DNA of 64,000 bases, taken from positions 37,300 to 101,299 of the forward strand of contig NMRA01000213.1 in NCBI GenBank assembly GCA_002633005.1, written 5' to 3'. The first letter of the stretch is position 1, and each line of letters starts with the position of its first letter. This stretch comes from Phoronis australis (taxonomy: Eukaryota > Animalia > Phoronida). Positions 50,494 to 62,064 of this stretch are shown here, in pieces. A program made the translations under genes and the position numbers. The notes below the pieces were generated by a model, which was not told where the DNA came from, did not search any database, and saw only the letters and a program-made list of their open reading frames with translations.

Positions 50494-51894
50494 NNNNNNN
50501 NNNNNNNNNNNNNNNNNNNNNNNNNNNNNNNNNNNNNNNNNNNNNNNNNNNNNNNNNNNNNNNNNNNNNNNNNNNNNNNNNNNNNNNNNNNNNNNNNNNN
50601 NNNNNNNNNNNNNNNNNNNNNNNNNNNNNNNNNNNNNNNNNNNNNNNNNNNNNNNNNNNNNNNNNNNNNNNNNNNNNNNNNNNNNNNNNNNNNNNNNNNN
50701 NNNNNNNNNNNNNNNNNNNNNNNNNNNNNNNNNNNNNNNNNNNNNNNNNNNNNNNNNNNNNNNNNNNNNNNNNNNNNNNNNNNNNNNNNNNNNNNNNNNN
50801 NNNNNNNNNNNNNNNNNNNNNNNNNNNNNNNNNNNNNNNNNNNNNNNNNNNNNNNNNNNNNNNNNNNNNNNNNNNNNNNNNNNNNNNNNNNNNNNNNNNN
50901 NNNNNNNNNNNNNNNNNNNNNNNNNNNNNNNNNNNNNNNNNNNNNNNNNNNNNNNNNNNNNNNNNNNNNNNNNNNNNNNNNNNNNNNNNNNNNNNNNNNN
51001 NNNNNNNNNNNNNNNNNNNNNNNNNNNNNNNNNNNNNNNNNNNNNNNNNNNNNNNNNNNNNNNNNNNNNNNNNNNNNNNNNNNNNNNNNNNNNNNNNNNN
51101 NNNNNNNNNNNNNNNNNNNNNNNNNNNNNNNNNNNNNNNNNNNNNNNNNNNNNNNNNNNNNNNNCATCGTTCGCCAGTTTTTCTCGTAACGAGACAGAAC
51201 ACATGTTTATTTCCGGACTAACAGTACAGGTCTTCGTTCTTAAACAACTTGAGGCTGCTGTTACGCGATCATCTGATATTCAAGTTTTTACGCCCCGTCG
51301 GTGCTCCTTAATTATGCTCTTGAATATTTGGAAATTGTCTTAACCCCTGTATACACACCACACTTTTTCGTATACGACTTTTCGTATGCAAAAAGGTGTG
51401 TTTAAGCAGATGTTCCAACAAAAATTTTTGCTGGTGGCGTGACTCATACCCAGATGTGCACAATATGGTTTCACGAAACTTATGTGCCAAGTTCATGTGA
51501 CGAAATCGAGAAGGGTTTTTAATTATCAGAAAAACTCCAGAGACATGTTAAGTGCCAGAAACTTACCAGGATGCAAGGAAATTTCACTATTTGGCTACAA
51601 AAACAAAAAATATCTTACATGGGAGGGGAAACCCCCCTCCCGACCTCCCCCCGCTCGGCGCCACGCGCCTAGGATTCGACCTTGGCGGGAATCCTAAACC
51701 CCCCCTTGCTGAAAACGTAGATCCGCCACTGCCAGGTGTGTGACGAGGGAGTCACACTGGCGGGATGTAAGCAGTTTGGGTGCTCAGGTCACCCTCCAGT
51801 TGGGAGTGTGTCGCAGGACACTCGGGCAAGTGGGTCAGTTCTTTTTCTGTACGTGAGACGATAAGTAATGAGTACACCCCAGTGCGCAGCAACA

Positions 51895-51967
51895 GATTTC
51901 GTGGTGTAGTGGTTATCACATCTGCCCAACACGCAGAAGGTCCCCGGTTCGAAACCGGGCGGAATCA
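51895..51967 (+). tRNA. tRNA-Val(AAC) with atypical C33
   Basis: 73 nt; acceptor stem GATTTCG/CGGAATC, D arm, anticodon arm TCTGC-CCAACAC-GCAGA, T arm CCCGG-TTCGAAA-CCGGG, discriminator A. Confidence 0.88.
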
Positions 51968-52958
51968 AGGTTGTGAAGTAAGATTGTTTAGACCGTTTGT
52001 GAAACGAAACGGTCCAAAATAAAAATCTTACCTCTCCCGTTGCTTTTGGTTACGAAGCATTGCACGACCGCATGTGGTCCTATTTGCCTATTTTAGTTTC
52101 TCAAACCACCAAAAGGTGGCTCTTGGAGCATGTCTTTGGCTAACCCGACGTCAAAAGCTTGTAGTTGTATCTTAGAGAAAAAGCAGACAACATTACAAAT
52201 TTCCATTCTCTGAAAACCACACTGATGATTATTGCTTATTGCAAAAACTATGTTCATAAATTATGACTGGCATGCGTTGCTCGTCTATATGGTAGATGGT
52301 GTCCGACTGATTCTTTATGGAGACTGTGGATGAGACTTAAAGCCTATGCCTTGCTCTCGTTTTTTACCTTCGTTGTGAGAGTCACTGGTACAGGACGGAT
52401 GCACCCAAGGGGGCTATAGACCCTATCTTTCACGCCGACAGGAGGCGCGTTCCAAAACGAGGCTCGCTACGATAGCTCTGGTGGCTTATCCGCGTAGCTG
52501 TACTCCGCGTTGCTCGAACAGGTTGAAAAAAATACGGACACTCTGTTTTACAATCCCTAAGGACGTTAGGATTCGGAAGTGTTGGGTCCTTGCCATACGC
52601 CACGACGAAGGAAAATATGTCCGCGTAAAATTTATAACTGTTTTCGAATCATAATTTGTCCCATCTCGGACTGGATGCCGCCATAGCAACGAGGACTGAA
52701 GAATCTTCGGCCAGCCAGGCTGTGTTTTCATGACTATGGGTTGAAGCACGATGCTTTTTTCTTTACAAAAAGGACAGGGCCCTCAATCCCTCAATTTTGG
52801 GGCCAAATATCGGCCCTATCCCCCTCTCAAAACTATTGAAAAATCACGCGAAATTCCCTGCCACGAGGCCTAAAAATCCCCTTTGTGTTTGAAAATTTCT
52901 CTCCAACGGTTCAAATCACCTGTGACCACAGAGGTGACAATTTGAAAAAGTACAAAAT

Positions 52959-53263
52959 CATAGGCGGATTTAGGGGGGCAGGCCCCCCCCCTTGACTGCC
53001 GCAAGCAAATTAAACCAGCAAAACGGGAAGCGGGAGGAAACTTGTACTGAGTTCGAGCTAGGACCGTGAGTCGGGACGAGGGGGGAAAACACGTTCAGTT
53101 TTATTTTTTTAGTCCAACGACAGATTTCCTGAGTAGAAGGTGTACATCCTCGGCGCCCGCAACTTCCGGGGCGCCTGCGTGCATACAATCGCGCTTTGCC
53201 CGCTTCTCCGAGGATGTCGCCCCCCCCTCACTAGGCCTATATGTTATCCTAGATCATCCACTG
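52959..53263 (+). mobile_element. hAT5-like MITE, ~305 bp
   Basis: aaaat|CATAGGCGGATTTAGG...CCACTG|aaaat. Confidence 0.8.
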
Positions 53264-53470
53264 AAAATGGTACTTGAGACAGATCTATGAGAGCTTGCAA
53301 AAAAGGGCGGGTTGCTACATGTATTGATGGTGATCGGGAGGTCAGTAGAGTTTTCACTGACCCGTCACTCGGCGAAACGTTCCCCTCTCAGAAGGCCGCA
53401 CACACATGAGGCACCTTTCCTCTCGGATATGAACGAGGCCTCTGAAGAAACATGATAAATATGCTTGTTC

Positions 53471-53613
53471 CAGGGGGGATCCAGGACTTTGAGTTAGGGG
53501 GGGGGGCNNNNNNNNNNNNNNNNNNNNNNNNNNNNNNNNNNNNNNNNNNNNNNNNNNNNNNNNNNGGGGGGGGCTGGGGCATAGCCCCTTGGTTCCCTCT
53601 AAATCCGCCACTG
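53471..53613. mobile_element. Short hAT5-like MITE, gapped
   Basis: tgttc|CAGGGGGGATCCAGG...TAAATCCGCCACTG|tgttc. Confidence 0.8.
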
Positions 53614-56099
53614 TGTTCTGTCCAGTTAACTGAAATTGAGCTCTAAAACGAGGTTATGCTTTGGACGAAAGAATTAGGGGTTTTAATTTTAAAATTCAGC
53701 TTTGTCGAGATTGATATTTGAAAAATATAACACATGAAATAGGCGTAATTATTAAAACCAAGAAAGCAGAATTGATGGTCATGTAATTTTTATTTTCAAT
53801 TGCGAGCCTAGTTTTTTATCGTAATCAATATATATATTTAATAACATCACGTATTATTTCAGATCAATAACAAATCAACTGTTAGTCCCGGTAGTGCCTA
53901 CCTCACCAGGACCTAGGCTATGCTTGAAGCTAATAGGCCTACTCTTGATCAAAAAATTAAACCAGATGAGACTAATTGCACATGACAGCAAAATGCTATG
54001 AGCCACCACTGTCGAATATATCTTCAACTCGTCAACAATACGACCAAATGACCTGGTTCGTGTAGAAAGCATTTTTATCAAGAATTTATTAGAAGGAACG
54101 TAACCCTGCATTCAGCATGATACCTAATCCGTAACACTATGATCGCCGCAAATTGGACATGTTTACTTTTCATGTTTCGAATCTAGTTTTCCGGAAAAAA
54201 ATATCCTTTCTTCAGACAACTCTTTGGTGCATTGACTTGTTCTTTATCTGTATTTTTCTACGTCTCTGTGGTTAATTATTGACACATGTTTTAAGATTTA
54301 ATATTCAGTTTGGACTCCAAAGACCGGCCATTTAACTCACGCAATGTAAATTTCCGCTTTGTTTATCGCAGTGAGCCTCGCTTTGGATTTTAATGTCCGC
54401 CGCGTGAATAGAGTCTATGGTCCTCCGTTCAGTGCAAAAAAATGTCAAGTCGGCCAACACTCATTGTTAATGTTACGTTCTTATTGTAGTGTCTGGATTT
54501 TAGTTCCCACTGGTCGCCAAAAATTTGACGTTTGCACCCCCGGTCAGAAAAAAATCCAAGAAAGGAAATTTTATTAATGACTCAGTTCATGTTTCCTTTA
54601 AGTGAAGCAGCAAGCTGGTGTACGGTCCGCAGCCACAACGTCCCAATTAAGCGTCACCCCCAAAACTGTACGGGGGCAAATAGGCGACTACAACTGAAGA
54701 AAACGAAGAAGTTGGCAGCGACGGAGAAAAATGAACTAAAGAATGTCGGGGGGGTACGACTTTAAAACGGGATAAGGGAAACACTTCTTTTATTTTATGA
54801 CCAGATGACATTGACAACACCGTACACCTCTGCTGTCGAACAGATACTGCCACGCTGATGAATGTACGTACGTAATTAACACAGGGCCACTCGCTCATTA
54901 CTACACAAAGGATCTAATGATCTAATCAACTTTATTATCCATTTCCAGCTATTTTAATGCGTGTTCTCATCTACTGGCATACTGCACGAGTCAATTCCCG
55001 ACATCACAAAAACCTGATGAGTTCGTTACGTCAGGTGTGGAGCACATAACGTGACACTTCGTTAGGGATTACCATACAACAAAAGAAAACTAGGCCAAAC
55101 AAACAGCAAAGTTGTACGCTGAAACTAGTGATTTTTTGCAAACAGTCTATCTCGATTTTTTTGAAATTGAATTCCTTTTGAAATATTAGTTGAGAATGAT
55201 ATTTTTGAGGAAATGAGACATTTGGAATCAGTTTGTTACCCGGAATTCCAACCAAAACAGACGTGTTCGTCGTGGTAAATAACGAATCCTGTTATGGGGA
55301 TAAAGACAGTGCGAACACTTAACCATAAAAAGATTGATATGTGAATCCGAAAACCGCAGTTTACGGGTGAAATCGAAAGATAATATTGACAGCCGTGACG
55401 ACAAGGGGTTCAAATGATCTGGCATTGCCTATTAAGGCCATTCCCTTCTTTAGTGCCGTTTACACTTACAAAGTTGACACAGATCAGCTGACACGGAACA
55501 AGTTTTTCCAGTAGGTGAACAGGCTGACGAGGCCCAAATTGACACGCGGTGACAAATTTTTGCCACTCGTTTGTGAGGCAGAGTAATTTGCGCCCGAACA
55601 TTTTGCGCCGTGTCTATTATAAGTCTAAACGCGAAACTGAAGTAAGGCGGAACGGATCGTCTCTACTGCGCTTGTGCAATGACCTACGTACGGGTTCTTT
55701 GTCTCTGCAACTCTCGTCAATTGTAACCCTGCGCATGTGCGATCCAGTCTCTCCAGCCTTTAATTTCCGGTTAGTGAGCTGTGTGTGTGTAAACGGCCGC
55801 TTGACACGGGTCAATTTGCTCCGTGTCAGTTGCGCCGGGCCAAAAATTGATGTCTAAACGGGATTTGTGTGAAGGTAGTTTTTGTCATTTTGGGAAGTTG
55901 CATAACATAAAAGGTACTTCGAAAAATTTCAGTCGATTTCAAAGAAAAGAAATTAAGAAAATTAGCAGTTCGCAAACCGGAATTAAATGGTGACTCAGAG
56001 AACCGTGACAGTATCGAAAATTTGAGGTCTAAGGTCACAGTTCGGACCTTTGTAGCTCCCCAAAAAATGACAAAATGGTGTGGCTTGACAGCAATTGCG

Positions 56100-59000
56100 T
56101 GCTGGCATATTGCCTACCCGAAAAGACAGGTGCTCGAAGACGGCGAACACCGCAGGACCTTTGGACACTTTAAGGAAATTACAACCTGTACGATAAATTT
56201 CTGTTAGTAGTGTATTTGAAGGTGATTTGTTACTATTACACATTTAAAATAGGTCTCTTTTTCTGATGGTGGACGGTGCCGTTTTCTACATGTAAGCAAT
56301 TGTGTGTCTTGAAATTGTATTGTGTTGTTTTCACTTCCTTCCGGTGTACGAATTACTTCCGGTTACACACACGAGTTTTAATTTTTCACCGAGGTCACGT
56401 TCAAACAAATCATGTAAACGACTCACTACATGTGTACTGCTTAGATGGTAACGTTCACGCAGAGAGTCTTTACGAAAAACCAATGCAGATCCGAAGGCCT
56501 AGTGACTCAAGAAACAAGGCTGCTGATAGGTACGTGTAACCGTCAACTGGTTATGAGCTTTATCGTTCAGAAAAAAGAACATTTTCTACATTATTGCCTG
56601 AAAGTATTTGCGATTATGCCGTCAAATGATACAAAGAAGATGTGCCACTTTCGAAATTATAAAAGAATGAACAAATCTTGGAAGTTTCTGAAAAGTAAAT
56701 TTTAGCTTACAATTTCTTAGGCATTTTTATGATCCACCGCAAGAAATTCAAAATAAAACTAAAAATGAAACTCTCAGTGGGATTATTGTTTCTGCCCGCA
56801 GAAAGAGAATTACAACCAAATTTGTCACGTGACTAATGTCATAGGTGAGTGATTCCTATCGTTACTCGAGCCCTATTACGTATTCAACTGTTTTTGTTGA
56901 CGCGGGCAGACGGCCCATGGTTAGCACCCTTGACCAGTACTCCTCATTGATTGTCAGAATAAATATCGATAATTAATTAGAAGAGATAATTCCGCTGAAG
57001 CTGCTCAAAATTAGTGCATGTGTACTTTCAGAACAATGTAATTTTAATGTCTACATCTATTTTAGATGATGTTCACCCCTTTTATTTTGGGGTCAATGAA
57101 CTGTAAGGATTCTAGAAATTTCTGAGATCATATCGTATTAGCCAATGACATGATTAGATAAGGCCATGTGGTTTTTATTAGCCAATCGTTAAAGTACGAA
57201 CTTTATTATAATTTTGGTAGAAGTCTGGAAAATAGTCAGATGGGATTTAATAATAATTGAAGCAAGAAGATTTGATTCAATGTACTGAAGAAATTGTGAA
57301 AGATTATAAAGGCAATCTAGGCTAGCGCAAGAGTTAACGAACAGACAGGAAGTTAACTCCCTACACGTGTTGCGTCACGAGAAACTGTGACCAGCAAGAG
57401 GAATTGTGGGTAGCCAGGTACTGCCTACGTCACGTGTCGTTGCGTTACAAAGTGGAGCGATACTGAAGACTTGTGTTGCATCACGAGGGAGTGTGACCTA
57501 CACTGTCGCAGTACATTGTGTGTTAGTTCGAACATTGACCAATAGGACTGTCATCCAACGAGTTACTCCTCAGCTTGGATAGCAGATAAGACATTTGATT
57601 GATTATGGTTAATTGATTTAATTTTCCCCACATATGGCCCTAGCGTAGTTTCTCGTCTTTTTGTCAGTGTAGTTAATTAATAACAGGTTTCAATTGTTTT
57701 AATTAATGACTATAATACAATAAATTAATAACTGGATTTAATCATTCTCTCTCCATCCACACGCAGTCACAATTTTACCTCTTAAATTAAACCCACATTA
57801 AACTTTTGACTTAAGATTCCTGCATGTAAATTGATGTATTTCGCTTAAGTCCGTGTTCTGCCAATTAGTGAATGTTGCGTACATTTTTGTACTAATAATT
57901 AAGCACGCGTGTGTGTGTACTTATGTAGAACATGCGTCTTTTCGTTACATTCGTAATTTAGACTTCTGAAGACCAGCAACAAACGATGGATAATACGTCC
58001 TTAAGTAAAGTCAATGAATTTACAGCTGAAAATCATTTTGAATACTGGTACGTGGACAACGATATGCCTGTCGCAATGATGTATGTGCACATGATCACGG
58101 GTTTTATCATTTCCGTTGTAACGTGCGTTGGAAATGCACTAGTGTGCTTGCTTTCTTTGAAATACGACTGTATCCAGAAGGAAGACTTCAGTATTATCAT
58201 TCTGGGATTGTCTATTATAGACTTAATGACGGGGATGACCATACCGATAAATTCTGTAAGAAAATATGTGATTCCTTTATTTTGGGAACAGTTGCCCATG
58301 GACCTGTTGAACACCAGAGCTGCATGCTGGACCGCAATGTACGTGGCTGCATTTCCATTAGCCGTGTCTAACTTGATTGTCTGTATACTGTCGGTGGACC
58401 GGTTTATCTCCATTCGCTATTCTTTTCAACACCCCGTGTGGATGACTCGCAAAGTATACAAGACATTGATCATCGGAACGTATTTCGTATACGTGCCCGT
58501 TGCAGGGGCTCTTCTGTGGATAGCCGCAGATGACGATTATGATCCTTTCTTCACCGTTTGTGTATTCGAAACTGCATTTAAACCTCACGTTGCTCGCCAA
58601 GTTTACGCCACGCTTACAGTTTACTTACCAAGTTTTGTAACCGTGTCTTCTCACATCTACATTGGCTTAAAAGCGTTCCAGCAACGCAAAAAGATTCACA
58701 GCGTTTCCTCTGATCCAATCGAGGTGAGAAAAGCATCTCAGTGGAAGATAACGAAAAGCATGTTGAAGTTTGTGGTGTTCTACGCCATCTGCTACCTGCC
58801 CATCGTAATAACGAAGAACGCAATTTCCGAAGACAGAGACCTACCATGGGAAATTCAATCCCTTAAGTTGGTATCGGCACAATTAATTCTCGTAAATTCG
58901 ATGATAAACCCTTTCTTTTACGCTTTTTCCCTAGAGCAATACAATAAAGCTTTCCGCAAGCTCTTTCAACAGTGCCGCGGAGAAGATACAGGATGACTTG

Positions 59001-59727
59001 TGTAGCAAAACGCTTACTCAAGTAACCTTGAAAAATAAACCCAGATGATTTTCTTTCTCAGTTTTGCCGTGAAGTGAAGATCGTACGTGGAGTATTACAT
59101 GTATATAGTTCAAGGAGACGTGTTGCTCTCATGAAAACGGGGGCTCAAGGTAATTGTCAAACTTCATGGAGTTTTCTCAAAAATATAATGCTCATATATT
59201 ATAGAAAATTATATCTACATGTAAACTATAATTTCATTGTTACACGTAGGCTTTCTTTAGGCGTTTTATGCAAATTGTCTTGGATGATTTCAGATGTATT
59301 GTGGCAAATCTTTGTGGGCCATTTTCAGACCTTTTACATGGAATTTTGTACATTTTATAGTCGATGGGTAAGTTAATTTACTTCAGATATTTGTTTTTCG
59401 TTCAAACAACGAAGGCATTGGTTGACAAAACGGTAAATTTGCAACACTGAGTGAGCCTGATAGCTGTGTTGTTTGAGAGTGAATAAAATCTGATACACTG
59501 TTCCCATCGTAGAAGCGGCAAGAGTATACAGTATCAAACCCGCATGCGCTCGCTCCCAATTTAGTTTTGTATTTAGAAGTTTATGTTTCATGTACTTAGT
59601 TGTGAATAAATAGTTTGCACTGCGCCTTGTGGTATGAGTTTCACTATGGTCACGAGGGGCACTCGTTTCAGTGTTGTTTCCAGGTGGCACAGTGCATAGT
59701 TACGCTGGTAACAAAGAGTAGTTACAT
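56100..59727 (+). repeat. Segmental duplicate of ~40780-43773 (GPCR plus both flanks)
   Basis: Collinear matching blocks on both sides of both GPCRs, e.g. CCGAAAAGACAGGT..GACCTTTGGAC, TGAACAAATCTTGGAAGTTTCTGAAAAGT, GAAATTCAAAATAAAACTAAAAATG, TTCGTTACATTCGTAATTTAGACTT, TTTATGTTTCATGTACTTAG. Confidence 0.9.
57986..58996 (+). CDS. Class A (rhodopsin-like) GPCR, intronless, 336 aa, copy 2
   Basis: Same length and motifs as copy 1 (GNALV, DRF, CYLP, NPFFY); ORF intact. Confidence 0.95.
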   Translation: MDNTSLSKVNEFTAENHFEYWYVDNDMPVAMMYVHMITGFIISVVTCVGNALVCLLSLKYDCIQKEDFSIIILGLSIIDLMTGMTIPINSVRKYVIPLFWEQLPMDLLNTRAACWTAMYVAAFPLAVSNLIVCILSVDRFISIRYSFQHPVWMTRKVYKTLIIGTYFVYVPVAGALLWIAADDDYDPFFTVCVFETAFKPHVARQVYATLTVYLPSFVTVSSHIYIGLKAFQQRKKIHSVSSDPIEVRKASQWKITKSMLKFVVFYAICYLPIVITKNAISEDRDLPWEIQSLKLVSAQLILVNSMINPFFYAFSLEQYNKAFRKLFQQCRGEDTG

Positions 59728-60722
59728 CAAAGACCTTAAGAAACTATTCACTTTGGCCGCCGTTATCATTGTGTCATGGACCGTGGCGACACTTAGCGGA
59801 CGTGTGTGCGCCGACGAGTACGCGAGACATCGACTGACTGCTCCGGTCGGTAAAAAAGCAACAGTGCTTTTTGCAATGCCTACGGCTGCAGCAGCAGTTA
59901 ATTGAAAATTCGTGACTGATGCTTTTTCTCGCTTCCCCAGTGATTAAGATAGATGATGCTCACGATTGAAACAAAGGATTTTTTTCCGGTCAACCAGTGA
60001 TGGGTTGGGTGATTTGAACTTAATGTTTCTACTTTTCCCTGCATTTGATTGCTTAAGTAGAAACTTGTCGTAAATGGTTCGCATGATTTTGGGAATTGCT
60101 GATTATTTTATTCTAATGTCCATTGAGGCTTCTAACTACTTTCCTTCATTTCTTTCTGTAGTCTTAATACATTCAGATCTAAAAGACAATTTTATTTACT
60201 ATTACTGTTCATTTACTAATTTTATTATTGTTATATTATCACATAATTGTTTTTATCTATACTTTATTATTTATTTATTATTATTGATTTATTATTGTTT
60301 ATATATTTTTATTCATTATTGTTTTTTTAATTAATTCGCTATAACTTATTTAAATTCTTTCTTGTTATCCCAGTTAATATCATGACTGTCGATGGTCAAT
60401 AATCTATTATCATATGATGGTAATGAACACCCCTAAAAACATACTGTTTAAGGTGCTGTAGTGGGTACATTGTGTTGCTCCTGTTTACAAATCATTGATT
60501 AGCTCTGCTTATTTTGTATACTCAGTTTAAGCTCAATTATATAATTATAATTTGGACACTACTGCAGCATATTTCTGCATCCACAATATTTTCCTAGTCT
60601 GTCAATTATTATCCGTCATCCCCAATAGAGAAAACAAGCCACTAATCAGTAATATGAATCTGAGTCGAAGACTCGCTGTAGAATTCTATGTGCAACGTAG
60701 ATAGGCCACCACGAAACGACTA

Positions 60723-60795
60723 GATTCTGTGGTGTAGTGGTTATCACATCTGCCCAACACGCAGAAGGTCCCCGGTTCGAAACCGGGCAGAATCA
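60723..60795 (+). tRNA. tRNA-Val(AAC) with atypical C33
   Basis: Perfect acceptor stem GATTCTG/CAGAATC; the other arms are identical to the 51895 copy; TTTT terminator 3 nt downstream. Confidence 0.9.
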
Positions 60796-61991
60796 ACATT
60801 TTGATTTCTTGAAAATTTTAATGCCAGAAAAAAATATGACGTTTCAGCAAGAGAATTGGTCGAAAATCGTCGGACCGAGAAACAGGTCACATCGTCCGAC
60901 GCCGATCCAAGTAGTTTCAGTCCGAAGAACTGATGATTATGTGTGGCCACAACAAGTTAGCGATTGGTAAGAGCACTTGTCGCCTATCGTGGGTGTCAAA
61001 AATAATCAACCGTGAGCTACAGATATGATAAAAATCTCTCAAGCACGCTGTGAATCGGAATGGAGCTTATTCTGCGGATCGGTCAAGCGAAGGATCGAGG
61101 CATTACTTATAATGCTTTCTTCATTTGAGAATGTGCACTACAGCTCTAATTGCCTTGCTCTATTTGACAATGAGAAGAAATTTATAAGGTTCACATACAA
61201 TTGAAATTCAAGTGGGATCAAAGTTGCTTGCGGACTCATGTTATGAAAGGTTTACTGTCTTGCAATCTGCAGCAAAATCTAAAATACGCATCTCAAATAT
61301 GGTGTCCTGTGGGCAGCTTATAACTACAATCTTGACGAGAGAGCATGGATGCGCACACACCGTGTTTATTCAAACAAAGACACGAGGAATGATCATTATT
61401 TCACATGGATAGTTCAGATATTGTGCGTTCGGAAGGCTCAGTGAGAACCCGCCTGAAAATTCACACTGGTTGTGAAACGTCCATTCTGTCTTCAAATCGA
61501 CCGGTCAAATTCAGAAGATATATCTGCCTTTTTATTACGGTGAGAATTAACACCGCACTGAAGTGACGTAACTTGTGGGCATAGGCATTTTTTGCCCATA
61601 GTAAGCACCTGTGTTCGGTCAAAATACCATTTTAATTAACAAGACGGTTGCTTTTAAAAAGTGCTCGGATTCAGCGGCTGATTCTAATAAATCGACTTAT
61701 ATGTAATTCCCACGTTCACAAATCACAGCGGTAGTCGTTCTCAAAATGGTTACACCCTCTTATTAAAAACGTAGGTGCTGAATTTCGTGACTCAGTCGAT
61801 TGCCAGGCGACTAAATGGGTGTCAAAATCATCATAAGACCAACCGAGTGTACAGTGTAGTTCTACACAGATTCACCAGTCAGTCCCCAATACAAAGAACC
61901 AGTCACTTGTAAGTTATTTAAATCTGAATAAAAAAAGTCACTGTGATTCAACACTGCACGTCAAACTTAAATTGGCCGTAGTCACTGTCTA

Positions 61992-62064
61992 GATTCTGTG
62001 GTGTAGTGGTTATCACATCTGCCCAACACGCAGAAGGTCCCCGGTTCGAAACCGGGCAGAAACA
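61992..62064 (+). tRNA. tRNA-Val(AAC) with atypical C33 and an A2-A71 acceptor mismatch
   Basis: GATTCTG/CAGAAAC; otherwise identical to the 60723 copy; TTTT terminator downstream. Confidence 0.82.

Noticed and set aside
20296-51343. Long ORFs of 229-339 aa around 20.3-21.3 kb, 23.1-23.9 kb and 50.4-51.3 kb
   Set aside because: They consist of X residues from N gaps. The gaps open at G/C homopolymers in MITE termini, an assembly artefact.
42140-58847. Conserved antisense and alternative-frame ORFs overlapping both GPCRs, and 'MVITSAQHAEG' ORFs over the tRNAs
   Set aside because: They are shadows of the duplicated GPCR and tRNA sequences, not independent genes.
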